Shown: piece after piece, positions 37,833 through 52,807 of the stretch
Numbering within the stretch: position 1 is the first letter of the stretch
Layout of the letters: each line of letters begins with the position of its first letter
NCBI GenBank assembly: GCA_028534125.1
Contig: CM052817.1
Coordinates: forward strand, 35,590,001-35,654,000
DNA: 64,000 nucleotides
From: Lama glama
Taxonomy: Eukaryota
Direction: 5' to 3'
The notes under the pieces: model-generated
What the model was told of the DNA's origin: nothing
Seen by the model: only the letters and a program-made list of their open reading frames with translations
Databases searched by the model: none
Program-made: the position numbers and the translations under genes

Positions 37833-40800
37833 TTAAACTTTGGAGAAAGCTTCAGTTCTTAATTTGTAAGGTCTATGACATTTTATCTTCATTTGTAGTT
37901 GCAGACAACTTTTTGTTTTTAAAATTGCTTTAATAAGTGTTCAATCTTGAGTTTTAAAGGGCACTCTTAGGACTCTGTATACCTACTGATATGTAAATTT
38001 TAGTAAATCCAAGGGAGTTAGTGTGCTAAACCAGCAGATACCTAAATCTGTTAGCTTATGCATTTAATTGAACCAGTAAGGCCCAGGTGATATTACATAT
38101 TCTATTGCTTTGCCCAGATACAACTTCTCAGTTTTTTTCCCATGTCTGTCTTCCTCTTTCACTTTGTTTATTCTTAGTTCCTTTTTTAGCTCTATAAAAA
38201 TTGGCATACTCAAGCAATTTGAGTATTTGCCTGCTTTATATAAAGTTAGCACTTTAAAATTGTTTTAGTGATGAGAAGAGACATTTAAATTGAAGAGAAA
38301 TTCTCCCAACAATGGACATTGTATCAGTCCAGGTATTTACTTCTTGAGTTTTGATCAAATGTACTTATTTGTGTATATGTTAATCATCATAAAAAACATT
38401 GATTTTGGTGTGTTTTTTAATTTTGGTGCTTTAATGGCTTAATACGTTGCACATTTAAAAAATCTATGCAGTTACATTTTTTGTAGAAATAGCATTTGTG
38501 TTGAACAGTGATACTTTATACATGTATTTTCCTGTATTTTTTTCCTCTTTGGAGGGATGCTTTTAATCTTGTTTGCAAAAGGGCAGGTTTTTTGTTATGT
38601 TTTGTTTTGTTTTTCTTTGCTGCAACTTTCTTTTTTTCCAGATTATTAGTGTGTGCATATTTGTGAGCAAATGAAACATGCAGGTTCAATTCATTGATTC
38701 TGATATTCACATCTATGCCAGAACCTGCATTTCATGTAAGTTATTTATTTTAAGTGGATGTTGTGAATTCACAGCTCTCAGTTTGAACTTTACAGTAAAT
38801 GAACTACTAGGCTCTATGTGGAATGGATTTTTATCCCAAATACCAACCATCAGTAAAAAATTTTGACCTGTTTTAGTATAACTGCTTCCTACATGTATAG
38901 TTGTTAGGTTATATCCTTGAGGAAAATCTTTTTTCATAGATGGTTGGTGTTTATTTGTCTACTCAGCTGAATAAAGAACTGTAAATGATATTTGGAAATA
39001 CAAACCTGGAATTAGGAGACGTAATTACTCTTTCAGGTTATACAGAATATGTTTGTGAGATTCCAAAGCCATAGCAATTATATGGAAAACCTAGGATAAG
39101 AAAGGTAGTGTGAGTGCTGGTAGACCAGCTGCAACTTCCTATGAATACAATGAAAAAAGGCTGGTGAAACTTAAGTACAGTCCAGATTAAAAATCACACT
39201 TCTCAGGGATCTCCACCTACTTGTGGGTGTCCTGGCTGTTCCTGTGACTGCCTTTTTCTCCAGGTGAGGCCTCAGTGAATTGCAGCTGTTCTGGTGTTCC
39301 TATGGGGACACTTTGTATGGAGGAATATGTACTCCCAGGCTTTGTTGGTAGGTTCTTTAGCCAGTCATCAAAGACTATGAAGGAGTCTAACAAAGAATTT
39401 TTCTTGTTGATAGCAGTTATTCATTGTAATCCAGTAAAGTATGATCCCAGTAGGGAACCTTGAACAGTTTAGATCCTCCCATGTTGTATTCTGAAATAAC
39501 CACTCTGTATTTCATTTATTTTCTTTTGTCTGGTGATCTCTGAGGCAGGATTCAGAGTTTGGCAATGCAACATGAAAGTAGGAAAAGTATTGAAGTGTGG
39601 GTGGAAAACTTGTTAAAAATCTGAAAGTTTGAAGTTTAAGCTAAAAGGCATTTGAATTTGGAATTGACTGGGAGGCCAAAGATTTAAAGAAGTGGAAGAT
39701 TCTCTCAAGACATGAGGAGTAAGTTGTATTTTGCTTGTGTGTTTTGTGTGCATGATGGAGATTTGTAAATGATGTTGAACTCTGGGTGAATTCTCAGCTC
39801 CGACAATCATTGTCAACAGAAAATCAAGCTGCAAATATTTATGGTTTAAATCTTAAATTATAAGTCTAGTTAAATCTTTCTAACAACTAGTTTTAATGTT
39901 CATGGGTACATTTTGTGTAAGTTACTTTTTACAGTATATATGAAAAGATTCATGCTGAGTACAAATTATAGATTGGAGATCAGTTTGGGGAATAGGTTTT
40001 TGTGGATTTGTTGATACTTTAAAAGAAAAAGATTTGATTTCTGAGGAATTGGACCAATTTTCTTATCTAAATTTTAAGACTAGAATGCCCAAAGCAGAAG
40101 TATGAAGGAAATTACAACCCTTTATTAAAGTGATCCGTGAAAATATTTTTACTGGAATTTGAGTGGACTTGAGTCCTTGATTCCAGAAAATAAGGATTTG
40201 ATTGTCAGGCCTATATTAGGTTCTGAACCTTAATGCCATGTATTTGTACTTATTAAAAATTGTTTCAGTGAAAACTATGTTAGTAATATGAACTTCTGGT
40301 CTAGTTGGGAGTTCATTTGAAAAATGTGATATTTGCATGGGACTGTTTGAATCTTTTTGTTTTTTCAGTTTCCCCTCCTGGATAGGATTGAAGCTAGAAT
40401 TTTCCCTTTTGATAAAGGAATAAAAACTAAACACATTATTTGTAAATTAATGATTAGTACTAGAGAGAAAGTTGAAATACTTAGAATACATTATAAGCCT
40501 CATCCTAGGTAGCCATATAAAAATATCAATTTTAACTGTCTTCTGAACCTGTATTCACATTGGTTTTTCAAGATATTTTAAGTTATATTTTTCCTCTTTT
40601 CAGGGCTGCTTCTATGGGACTTTTTTTTTTTTTTTTTTTTTGGTAAATTGAGGTGTAATTCACAAAGGGCTGCATTTTTTGTTAAGGTTTTTTTACAACT
40701 ATGGTTCAGTGTTTTACTCTAGTCTTCCAAGAAGGGCCATTTTACTTTATAGAGTCACTTCTAAAGTCATGTGGTCTTTAACTCTGGGGACTATTTTGCA

Positions 40801-41480
40801 TATGAATGCTAATTCAGATTTAAGCTTAAGTCATCACGTATCACCCCATGAATGTTGACAATGGAAGTAATACCTTTCCTGTAGTTTCAGTTCTTGACTG
40901 AAAAACTGGAAGGAACTTCATTTTCTTTTTTTGCACATATCAGGAAAACAGCTATTGTGCAGTTACCTTGTTGACCTCAGCAGATAAACTGGACTGATAG
41001 TGTTAATTCAGATTTAAGAAATTATCTGAATCTTGGTTTGTGTAGATTTGTGATCTACATGCAATATTAACTAGATTGGATAGATTTTACATTTTCGTAT
41101 ATATGCATAGGCTCTTCCCACTCCTCAGCATCCATTAGTTTATTGAACTTTGTAAGCTGGCATTGAAACGTTATAATGTTTTGTTGCACCAGTTTTATAA
41201 GCTTCTACAGTGCAATACATGTTATGTTTCAGAGACAAACCAAAGGTTAATTTCTCAAGGTTCTTGCTGTTTGCTTTAGCAGCATTTGATGGAGTTATAC
41301 ATTTATAATAGATGAAAAATAAACCAGATTGCAAATCGGTTTTTTTTTTTTTTTTAAAGCAAACCATGTACCAAGTTTTTGGTCCAAATTGTGTAGGATA
41401 AGTTAAATTGCATTCTATTAACCAGTATGAGTGTATTATAAGTATAGTTATGTTGAAATAAAGTGTTAAAAAGCATTTTA
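37833..41480 (+). promoter_or_regulatory. REST: REST long 3'UTR with distal poly(A) signal
   Basis: U-rich, repeat-poor 3.6 kb; AATAAA at 41457-41462 followed by a U-rich tract; miR-9-5p seed match ACCAAAG at 41239-41245. Confidence 0.65.
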
Positions 41481-41741
41481 TGCCTTTGTTTATTATTGGT
41501 ACATCACGTATCTAGGACATCAAGTTTATTTGGCTGGAATTTCAGGTGTGTTAATTTTTAAAGTCTTTTACCCTAGATAACCCACAGTAGGTAGAAAGGT
41601 TGTGGTAATCCTTGTTTGGGGTAGCAATCCAGTAGGTAGTAGTCCAAAACCTGTCTTCCTATAATCTTCCTGGAAGGTGAGGGTGGAGGTAGGGAAGAAG
41701 CAACCTGTAGTAATTCCTTCCCAATCACAGTTCCCTTTAAC

Positions 41742-42527
41742 ATTTTTTTAAAACATTTTTTTTATTGAGTTATACTCATAGTCATTTTACAATGTTGTGC
41801 CAAATTCCAGTGTAGAGCACAATTTTTCAGTTATACATGAACATACATATATTCATTGTCACATTTTTTTTTCACTGTGAGCTACTACAAAATCTTGTAT
41901 ATATTTCCCTGTGCTATNNNNNNNNNNNNNNNNNNNNNNNNNNNNNNNNNNNNNNNNNNNNNNNNNNNNNNNNNNNNNNNNNNNNNNNNNNNNNNNNNNN
42001 NNNNNNNNNNNNNNNNNTGTGAGTCTGTTTCTCTTTTGTATTCATGTTCTTTTTTTTTTAGATTCCACGTATGAGCGATCTCATATGATACGGTATTTTT
42101 CTTTCTCTTTCTGGCTTACTTCACTTAGAATGACATTCTTCAGTGACATCCATGTTGCTGCAATTGGCGTTATGTTGTCATTTTTATGGCTGAATAGTAT
42201 TCCATTGTATAAATATACCACCTCTTCTTTATCCAGTCATCTGTCAATGGACATTTAGTCTGTTTCCATTTCTTGGCTATTGCAAATAGTGCTGCTATGA
42301 ACATTGGAGTGCAGGTGTCTTTTTGAAGTAGGGTTCCTTCCGGATAAATGCCCAGGAGCGGGATTCCTGGGTCATACGGTAAGTCTATTCCTAGTCTTTT
42401 GAGGAATCTCCATACTGTTTTCCACAGTGGCTGCACTAAACTGCATTCCCACCAGCAGTGTAGTAGGGTTCCCTTTTCTCCACAGCCTCTCCAGCATTTG
42501 TTATTTATGGACTCTTGAATGATGGCT
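41742..42527 (-). mobile_element. Young 5'-truncated L1 (ORF2 C-terminus and 3'UTR), spans gap 41918-42017
   Basis: ORF 42170-42436 [63 protein letters not shown]. Confidence 0.93.
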
Positions 42528-44732
42528 AGAGAATTAACTACTGTTAATTGCTTGATACTAACTCTTTACCTCCTTATATGTATGGTATTAATGCTTGATT
42601 TCTATGCTTTTTACATAACTGGAATTATTGACATTCTGCAATGAGTAGAATTTGGAGATCTTTGTCGGTATTTAGGACCTTTCTCATTCTTTATAACTAT
42701 TGCATAATGTTTCATTGTATGGATATATATGATTTAATTACTTTGATTATTGCCAAAATTGGTTAACATTCTGGAATTACTTTGAGAGTGGACACTGTGT
42801 GAAGTGAGTGATTCAGGGGACCCATAATACCTGATAACCTTACAGTTATGTTTATGCTTGTGTTCTTAAGATAGAAGTTGTTTCAGATTTGCTGTAGGAA
42901 TCAGGTCTTGTACTCTTTATGTTGAAGGTTTTTTTTTTTGACATAGAATATGTATATATTCAAGATGTTTAATTTAGTGTTGCTTAAATGATGAACAACA
43001 TGTTCATTTAATATTCAGCATTGATAGAGTAGGGATTAGCCCCATGGCACTCAGCTAACATTACTGAGGGGAATTAATTATCCACATGTTGGTATATTAA
43101 GGGATTACAATTTAATGAGACAGAAGTCCCTGCTAGAGCATAAGCTGTAATGGTTGCTGGAATTAGCCATGTCTGGTGGACCAGTGTGGAGAATCCAGCA
43201 GGAGTTTTATTTGCATGGAAGAACAGAGATTTTTCTGATGAAATATAGCACAGCTTAAAGATACTGACAGGCAAGTTTGCCCAGTAACAAGCATAGGACC
43301 TTCAGTTAGTAATCCTTTTGTAAGTACCAGGCACTCTTCTAAGCACATCACATTAACGCTTAATCCTGTCAACATCCCGAAGAAGTAGATTGTTATTCCC
43401 ACTTTGCTTCCTACAGACAAATTGCCTGATGCCACACAAGTAGGAAGTGGCAGGTCTGCATCACAGTGCCTTTCAGAGTAAGTGAAGAATGTTACGTGGG
43501 GAAATGTGTGCTGTAATAAATACAAGAAGCAATTAGGATGGTGGTCAAAGGGATTTCAGCCTAATGTTAGTGTATTAATTACATTAACATGCTATAGAGG
43601 GCACTCTTTAAACAGGCCCCCCCTCTATATTGTAACATTTACCTAGTGTATATTTACTAAAGACCATAAGAAGCTTACCACCAGTAGTCAGATTAATTTT
43701 ACCTTTTTGAGGTGAAAGAAAACTAGTGTAAAACAGTTGTTCCCTGATTCCATTTATGCCTGGTTTTGACATAAAGCATAAGCTGGCATTTTTAGATACA
43801 CCATGATATTCATTATGTGGGTAGCTATTTAAAAACATCAGAACGTATCATCATTTAAAGGTAAGAACTGGATTTACTTTAAAACATCCTTGGTTCTTGG
43901 GCCCCGTGAGCCTGCTGTATTGTACACCCTGATATTTATCCCATCTAATCTGTTTATTAGAATGTCACTCAAGTTGCAGACCCTTGGCAGCAGGTACCTG
44001 TCTCCCGGTCTCCCAGAATCCACTAGGAGTGATGGAGACACACAGCAACAGGCTGTCTACTCTAGACAGCAGGAAGTGGTAAGAGCAACAAACGTGCCCA
44101 CGTGGGTTTCTGTCTGCTTGTTTGGCATCAGAGATGGAGAAATGCTGGTAGGTGGCCAATGTGAGGAGAGGGACTTTTCCATCCCAGGTCACTCCGCCCC
44201 TCCCCTTGGTTGTAGAATCAGGAAAAGGAAGGGTTTGTAGGGCCTCAGTGTTGTCAGTTTGGATTCTGTCTAAAACCTCCTTTCTCCTTGGAGAGTGATA
44301 GGATGCTATTTAGAGATGTTACGGTCCTTCATACCTGTGTTCACACTACCTCCTCTAACAAGACCATGCAGGTAACTGACTTCCCGAGGTAGCTTTCTGC
44401 TAGTCTGAGTGCTCCTTGAGGGTTGTTTGGATGGGAGAGGAGATAGCCTAGATTTGCATCTGAATGGGTTTTTTCTCACTTTAAATCTCTGAGCGTAAGA
44501 CAAACACAGTTAAGAACAAACTATTCCTAAAAGATGTATGATAAAATCAAAATTCAACAGCTTGATGCTCCCTTGTTTCTGCAGTCATGTAGCTGCTCTA
44601 TGTATCTTGACTCTTGAAATTAATTGAAGTCGGCATCAATTTTCTCATTTGATAAATAGACAGTGGAGTCTTTTCATATAGGTCAGAACACATAGCATGC
44701 ATCTTCCTCAAGGTGATGAACATGCTGAGACC

Positions 44733-45157
44733 TTGTGGTGGACAAAAGTGGCCACAGATTCTTTGCAGTCAGCTTGAATGTGTGCTGCTGTAGCTACTTT
44801 CTTTGACCAGTACAGCACAGCAGTGACACTGTGATTTCTGAGCTCCAGCCTCCAGAGGCCTTGCAGCGTCTACTCTCATGCTCTTTCTGAGCGCGATCAC
44901 CTTGTGCACAAGCCTGAACTGGCCCACTTCAGGAGGAGATCATAGGTGAGAGTGACCCAGGGAAACAGACCCAGGTCTCCCAGCTCTAAGAACATTCCAG
45001 CTGAAGTTCCTTACATGGAGTGAGGTATGCAAATGCATGTCCCCATAGAGCAGAAGAACCCCCAGATCAAACTGCCAAACTAAAGGGTGGGAGCAAATGT
45101 AAGCTCAAGCCACTAAGTTTTGGGGTGGTTAATTACTCAGCAGTAGATGTGGCTACA
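44733..45157 (+). mobile_element. MLT1-like MaLR LTR
   Basis: Starts tgtggtgga, ends aagccactaagttttggggtggtt..cagcagtagat..taca. Confidence 0.6.
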
Positions 45158-48100
45158 AACCTAATTATGCCCTCAATCTAGTTAAAAAAAAGCATTTCCA
45201 ATTGACAAATGAGCAATTACACCTAGAAGAGACTGAAGCCATGCTGAACAGGGGAGTTCGTGGGTGCATGGGACCATTAAGCATTGTTTTCCTTTGTTGA
45301 ACTGTCTCATCCACATTCCCATGTTACAAATCTTCAACACATTCCTCAGAATTCCCTCTCCCTAATAGCCTTACTTGTGCACAGAAAAAGATACTCTCTT
45401 TAGCTAGTGTTTCAATAAAATCTTCTGTCTGGTATTTTAGGGAAAGTAGTACCCATTTTTCTAATTTTCCTTCCTGTTGAATATTTAACCAGAGTTTCTA
45501 AGGAATCATTTTAGGCCTGACGTTAATTGCTGAGGAAAACAGAGATAACTAAAAAGATTTTAACTGGGCAAACAGGATCCCATTTTAGTGAAAGTAAGAT
45601 ACAAAAAGGAACGGGAAACAAGAGGACTCCTATACAAGTAGAAAAAGCAAGTCATTTAGGCAAGTCCACGGCCAAATTTTTTCCCCCCATTTTATTTATT
45701 TATATATTTTTAATTGAAGTATAGTCAGGTACAATGTGTCAATCTCTGGTGTACAGCATAATGTCCCAGTCATACATACACATATATTCAATTCATTTTT
45801 ATATGCTTTTTCACTAAATGTTATTATAAGATACTGAGTATAGTTCCCTGTGCTATACAGAAGAAACTTGTTTTTTTAAAATCTATTTTTACATATAGTA
45901 GTTAATATTTGTAAATCTTTATTTAACCCCCAAGTTTATCCCTTCCCACCCCCTTTTCCCCCTGGTAACCATAAGATTGTTTACTATGTCTGCGAGTCTC
46001 AAATTTGGTTTTTGAAGCTATTTGATTTGTGAATAAATAGGGACCTCCTGTTTTTCCGTCACTTAATAGGGCCAGGATTTTGAATCACAGCTTTTTTCGG
46101 ATAGTTTAATGGTGTAATTCTTTGGATGTTTGCATTTCAAATTTACTGTGTATGTAATTTCCTATTTTCTTAATCAGAATTTTGTGGGTCAGGATCTCCA
46201 CCCATGCTGTGATCTGTCCGTGGTACTTGGCAAAGCTCACCAGCAATGTGAAAAGACTCCCAGCTGGCCATGAAAGCAGGTTTATTTGATTTAAAACTAC
46301 CTAAGATGGTAAGACAGCATGGAAATTACCCTGGGACCCTAGTTTAGGTTTGGGCAGCATTGCTGGAGTAAGACAGCAAGGATGTAGCACATCAGACACA
46401 CGCACATACTGGCTTTGAGAAATACTCTTCTCAGGCTGGAATTGTATATGAGGGGATTCAAAGGAAGCTAGAAAGGGAACTAAGAGGCAGTGACAGTGTC
46501 TCCAAGGACATTGTGTCATTACCTTTGGAGGTCTTCAAAGTAGGTTGCCTTTCTTTTCTGAAATAACATGTTTCCCTCGTAAGGCTGAATAGTTCCTTCC
46601 TTTAGACTTGGGAGGGGCTCTGGTATACAGAGGAAGTATTGTGTGGTGGTTGAAAACCTGGGTGTTGGTGGAACCGTTTTGTATTGTGATTCTGGTGGTT
46701 ATTCAATGAACCTATACGTATGTTAAAACTCATAAAACTGTACATTGAAAAGAAAAAACGGTCAGTTTTACTGTATAATTAAACAGCCCCACAGGGTGCT
46801 GGGCCTTGTGTCTGAATCAAGCTCTGTTGCTCATTAGTTGCGTGATGCTGGGCAAGTTACTTGTGCCTTGGCTTCCTCATCTCTAAATAGAAGTAGTAAA
46901 ATACATACCTCCTGCATGGGGTTGTTCTAAGGATTCAGGTAACACATGTAAAATGCTTAAAACAGTGCCCAGCCCCTTGTACCTGCCAAATAGGGCTAGT
47001 TACTATATAAGAAAGTAAAGGAATAAAAAGAAGGTATATAGGCTACCGTATGATTACAGCAGCCATGAATATTCTGAAATACAATTATCCTGAGATACTT
47101 TCCTTTAGGCAGAAAAGGAAAAAACTTGAGAAAGGTGTCAGTGTTAACTAAGCAAATTAAGTCTGCTTTCTTGCTGTTTTTCAGGGAAGGCAAAAACCAA
47201 CCAAACAAAAAAGCGCCCTTGTTCTAATTCATTCACTCATGCAATGATTACCTGCTATTTTCCAGGCGCTTACTGAAAACCTAGAAGAGATCTTGGCAGT
47301 CACTCACTTTCAAAATCACCTGATGATGTGGTCTCTAGTACATGCGTGTCTTTTTTGAGTGTGTGGCCTCAGTTTTCTCAAATTTACCAACACTACTGGT
47401 CAGAGATACTGACAGTGTCTGTGATTAATATCATACCTATTGCACCTACCAGTGAGAATATTGAGACCAAAGAAACTCTTCCACTAGGCTGATTACTCAG
47501 AAGGTAAATTCTGAGAATTATCCAATAACTGAAAGGAAGCTTCTGAAAAACAGGAACCTGAGGTCCAAGCCATGAGTATATTAAGTATGCTCTAGACTTA
47601 GGAGTGTTTAGATCATGAAACTCTGGTACTAAATGAGAGACTATTGATGGTCTTTGACATGAAGGGAAAAAGTGAGGCATTATTCCTACATGGTGTTGGA
47701 GTATTAATCTTCAGCTGTTCCCCAGCCACTACAGGACATCAATGGGCAGACAACATGACAGAGACATTAAGAGCAAGTAGAGGTGCTATCTGTTCAATTC
47801 ACATGAGTCTGAAGTCTTGTTTTTTATTGTTTAAACATTACTCTTTGACAGTTGAGAGAAAACAATCCCCCTGGGAGGACGAGAGCAGCCAAGAGAAAAT
47901 GGAACAGTCTGAGGAGTGGAAATGATTGTATTGCTCCACGAGACAGAGCCAAGTGGGAGGGAAGCCAGGGTAAATGATCAGAGGCTGGTCTACAAAACAG
48001 CTCGCCTTAGCTTTAGTGCTGGGTGCCTATGCAGTGGAGCAGTAACCACTCTGCCATGTCTGGCACAGCTGGAGCTCCAAGTTAGTCATCTGTAGGAAAC

Positions 48101-50657
48101 TCGCCTTGATCTCCATTTTGCAAGAAGTGTCTGAATGATCAGGAAACACAAGCACACATGATTGCATCTGTACTCCACTTCTTGGTTATCATGGGAAGTG
48201 TCACAAGTGACAAATTTAGACTCTGGGGAACTATGCAGGTAAGGCCTAATGATTGGTAGGGCTCGCCTTTTGTAGTGATAAAAAATACAAGATCTATGTT
48301 AAACTTCACTTTGTCTCTGATGTTGAAGAAAATGCTGTTTTAAAGAGAGGGAAAGAGATATGATGGAACTTTTACGAATAAAACTGCACTTAATGTCACA
48401 GAAGTCAAAAAGCCCTTTGATGAATCTTATTTTAGGTATCACGAATACAAAAGCAGTGACATTCTGAACACCACAAGGGTGCAGATCCAAGTAAACAAAC
48501 TATTATAAACTTGCTTAATGGTTTTCTAGCCCCTCAAAACAACCTCTGTTTTGTGGCAGTGAGGGGGCTGTGCTGACACATTGCCATTAATTTCTCCACT
48601 TAAGTAGTTCCTGCATGCTGCCATAGTGTAAATGATAGTGATTCAAGCGCAGTCTTCAAACTAAGATTAATGGATTAAGAAGCATCCATAAACTTACTTA
48701 AGCTTAGAAACCAACACAGTAAAAAAAACTTACTTACTGCAAAATCCACTGTTGACCAGTTGGATAGACCAGCCCTGATCCTGGGCTGCATTAGGTTGGC
48801 CCAATGTGGAGTAAATTAATAGATCCTAGTGGTGGTTCTCCACTGTCTATGCACAGAGAGTCTTTTTCGGTCTGAGATACTGTAACCACCCTTTACCTGG
48901 CTTTCTTGCCTGTTTTTGCTGAGAATCATGAAACATCAGGATTGAGAAATATCTAGTGTTCCCTCATTTTATAGATGAGAAAATTAAAACCCAAAGACAT
49001 TAATATAACCAGGAAAACTGAAACTAACTTAGTAAATTGCACTATTTGAAACTCCTAGCAATATACCTTGGAACATTTTTAGATATGCTTCAGTCAAGCT
49101 TTATAAAACAAAGCCATTAAATTTTAGAGGTAAAAGAGTTTTAAGAATATAAATTATGAATGTTTAAAAACTGAATTTTTGCTAGTCAAGAGGCCAAAAA
49201 GCCTAAGGATAAGATAAGGAAGGAGAACTGATTTGCCTTCTAATATACGTATTAATAAGTTATCAGAGTAGAGACAACGTTCGTTTTTGGGTTCTGAATT
49301 TCTCCATAAATGCCAAGTTTACCATATTTTCTTCATTTTAATCTAAAGATTTAGGTCTAAGCTCCAGTAAACAGAAGATAGAAATATAATGGCCACAATT
49401 TTAATTTGTAAAAATAATGGTATTTCTGTCCAAAATAAACAACTATATATCAACTACCAGTCAATTTTCCCTACTTAGGAGGCCACTGATTGTAGAGGGT
49501 GGGTATGGAAACTTCAGGGATATGTCTCAATTGTCGCAATGAGGGATGGGGCAGGAGAGTTGCTACTGGCATTTAGTGTCTAGGGATGAAGAATACTAGA
49601 AACACTTACATGTAATTTATACACAAAGAACTACCTTCCCCAAGATACCAATAGTCTTCACCTTGAAACATGATGGAAGTGAGATCTACAAAGTTTTCAC
49701 GAGTTGCATATGAAAATATTAACCCTTTATTCTAAGATGAGTGACTGAGTGAGGTCAGAGTGTACCCGGTGACAGAGAACAAGGGACTGTCAAGCAGTTC
49801 ATGATAAACCTGAGTCTACAGGATGCTTCTGGATCTGCGTTTCAGGCCAGTTTACTTTATAAGCATTTATCTCAACAATGAGATCTGGGACTTGACTCAA
49901 TAATTGTTCATTGTACCACGATATAGTGCCACTTACTCAACTAGGAGTATCTAAATGAAAAGATTTGTGACTGATGTAACTTTTTTTTTTAACATTTTTT
50001 ATTGATTTATAATCATTTTACAATGTTGTTTCAAATTCCAGTGTAAAGCACAATTTTCTGACTGACGTAACGTTATGCCATGTTTACAGGCAAATGTTGA
50101 GTGTTCTGATACTTGGAGAATAGACTTCAGATTTCAGGAAGATGTAACTTGAATCCTTTTTTGTCTTAAGGTTTTCAGGTACTTTTACATTATGTAAGGT
50201 AAACTTCTAATTGTTCTCCATCATCTATTCGCCCCTTCTTAATAAAAATCTGAAATCCTCATTTCCCTCCACTCCCCTAGCTTCCCTGTGGGGCATGTGG
50301 CCATCTAACTCTTGACCAATGGATGATGTCATGTCTGCAACTTCCAGCTTCCCCCTTCTTTTAAACAGGGGAGCTGTGTGCTCTTCATTCTCTTCTCCTC
50401 TTTCCACTTGCTGCAAAAAGATGACAACTTGAGCAACCACCGTGGACCCAGAGATGGAAGCCATGGAGTGCTCCCCCTGTTGGGTCCTGAGGTGACTTCA
50501 TGAAGCAGAGCCACTTACTTCTATCTCATTTAAGGCAATGTATTTTGGAAAAACTGCTTTTCTGCCAATTCTTTCATATGCTAACTGCTAAGTTGCTCTC
50601 TCAACTAGACTCCAAATAAGAAATGCCATCTGGTCTCAGTTAAAAATAGTAGTGGAA

Positions 50658-50900
50658 GTACATCAAGAGTGAACCCTAATGTAAACTATGGACTTTGGCT
50701 GATAATAATGTGCCCATGTTGGTTCATCAATTGTACCAAATATGCCACACTGATGAGGGATGTTGAGGGTAGGGGAGTATGTATGTGTGGATGGGGTTTG
50801 CTATGTGCAAACTGTATTTTCTGCTCAATTTTGTTGTGAACCTGAAACTGATCTAAAAGAATAGTCTATTAAAAAACAATAATAGTAAAAAAAAAAAAAA
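50658..50900 (+). mobile_element. 5'-truncated retrocopy about 90% identical to 2704-2925, with poly(A) and degenerate TSD
   Basis: Hand alignment gives about 18 mismatches and two 2-bp gaps in about 220 bp; TSD aaaaatagtagtggaa 50642-50657 and aaaaaaagtagcggga 50895-50910. Confidence 0.8.
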
Positions 50901-51154
50901 AGTAGCGGGAGAAACCCGAATGTAGCAGAACTCCTTTTTAGGTATATTTGGGTCACAAACACATATATGCACTATACAAAAAAGCAACTTGTGTTTAGAA
51001 ATTCAGTACTTTTTTAAAGAGAGGCATCATCCAGAGTAGTTTAAAAAGGGGAAGGTGGGGGTTGCTTTATTACGGTGATATTTAACAAAATTCAACATAT
51101 GTAATATGTTCTATATGGTTAATCTTCATTGTGAACAAGGTCAGCTTCGTATAT

Positions 51155-51357
51155 TTATCTTCTTTTCTTTTTCTGCAGATTGTACACAAGGGAAGGAGGC
51201 TTCTTGGTTTTATAGGCCGCGCTTCTTGGGATGCGCTCTCCTGTGATGTTGACGATATGTGGTAAGAGCAGGGGCCGGACCGTCAGTACTGTTCCTTGAG
51301 GTGTATAGCCTCAGAGGTGCAGTCTGTCTTTAAACTGAGGCGTTACTGCGACCCAGC
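51155..51357 (-). pseudogene. NOA1: NOA1 exon 7 remnant
   Basis: [46 protein letters not shown]; premature TGA at 51313-51311. Confidence 0.92.
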
Positions 51358-51667
51358 CTATGCAGGCACAGGGCAGAGCACAAACGCTGTTTGCAACCAC
51401 CTTACCAAAAACACCAAACACAGCTCAGAATGGAGACCCAAAGGAGGCTGCTGTTGTCTTTTACTCATTTTTTTTTTTAAAAACATACAATGCATTTGTG
51501 AAAAGGTACAAATTTATTTTCAGAGTAGCTTGCATCTTATGAATAAACTACTATGTATTTCTTAAAATATTCTGCTATGTCATTTAAGGTACATTTGTAT
51601 AAAAATGTACTATAAGTTAGTAAGGCTACTTTATTTACCTTTTAAAAAGTGCTTGGTGTAAAATTAC

Positions 51668-51772
51668 CTGCAGAGGAGAACTTGGTATCAGCCACTGCTT
51701 CAGATTCCCCAGGTCCTTCGTCTAATGTAATGTCTTCAGCAACAAGAGGAGGACATCCTGCCATTCTTTCCA
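51668..51772 (-). pseudogene. NOA1: NOA1 exon 6 remnant
   Basis: [34 protein letters not shown], donor intact; the polypyrimidine tract runs into the exon with no AG and the first ~6 codons are absent. Confidence 0.88.
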
Positions 51773-51924
51773 TGAGGAGAAAATGAAGATATTTGGAAGT
51801 TCACATTAAACACCTCATAACTCTAAGTAAAGCACTGATAAGATAATTCTGGGAGGGTATCAAGAATAAAATCTTTTTAAACATTAAACTGTTTAACATT
51901 TAAACATTTCAAACACTCCCAGTG

Positions 51925-52067
51925 GGAGGATACAGCTCGGTGGTAATACGTGTGCTTAGCAGGCATGCATGAAGTCCTGCGATCCCCAGTACCTATAGTT
52001 AAAAAGAAAGAAAGAAACCTAATTACCTCCTCCCCTCTCAAAATCAAAATCAAAAAACAAAAAACCC
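51925..52067 (+). mobile_element. tRNA-derived SINE in NOA1 intron 5
   Basis: TSD caaacactcccagtg at 51910-51924 and 52068-52082. Confidence 0.88.
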
Positions 52068-52807
52068 CAAACACTCCCAGTGTCAAGGGCCCCATGTGGG
52101 CATCCATCTGGTGGTAACTTCCAGATAGCAGAATCTTCCTTTATTAGCTATTTTTACAGCTCTACGACATAATATTGGGCAATTAAGGCAACATCCTTTC
52201 AAATACCTTAGCTCTTAAGGGCCTGGCTGGACTGAGATTAATCCCCACCTCATTACAAGTCACGGGTCCACGCATAATGGATAAGATTCAGTTTCTGTTT
52301 ACAGGTGTTTCCATGGGTTGGAAGTAACTGGATAATAATTTACCTATTTATTAACAGATCTCTCTGTTTTACAGTAAGGACACCAAGACGGATGTTACAA
52401 TATGGCTTCTGCTCCCAAGTAGATCAGAAGGTGGAAATAACATGTAAACAAATTACAAGGTACGAAATGCAATGAGACATCTATTAAATACTATGGTTGT
52501 GGAGGAAGAAGTAATAAGTGTTTCAGTCAAGGAAAACATTGATGAAGAGCAGTATTTTGAAAAACAGGTTGAAGTTACTCAGTGGAAAGGTATTCTGGGT
52601 TAGAATCATGTACAGACACCAAGACTGAAAAGAAGATGAGTTCAGGGAACTGTAGTTTAATTTGTGGGTGTGTGTGTGCACACGTGTATTAGTTATGAGA
52701 CTTCTCTCAGTACTGTGGAGCTACCAAGGAATTTTAAGTAGGAAAGAAGTAAGGATAAAAAAAGAATACTGTGACTTGTTTCGTATTTTGGAAAAATCTC
52801 CCTAGTT

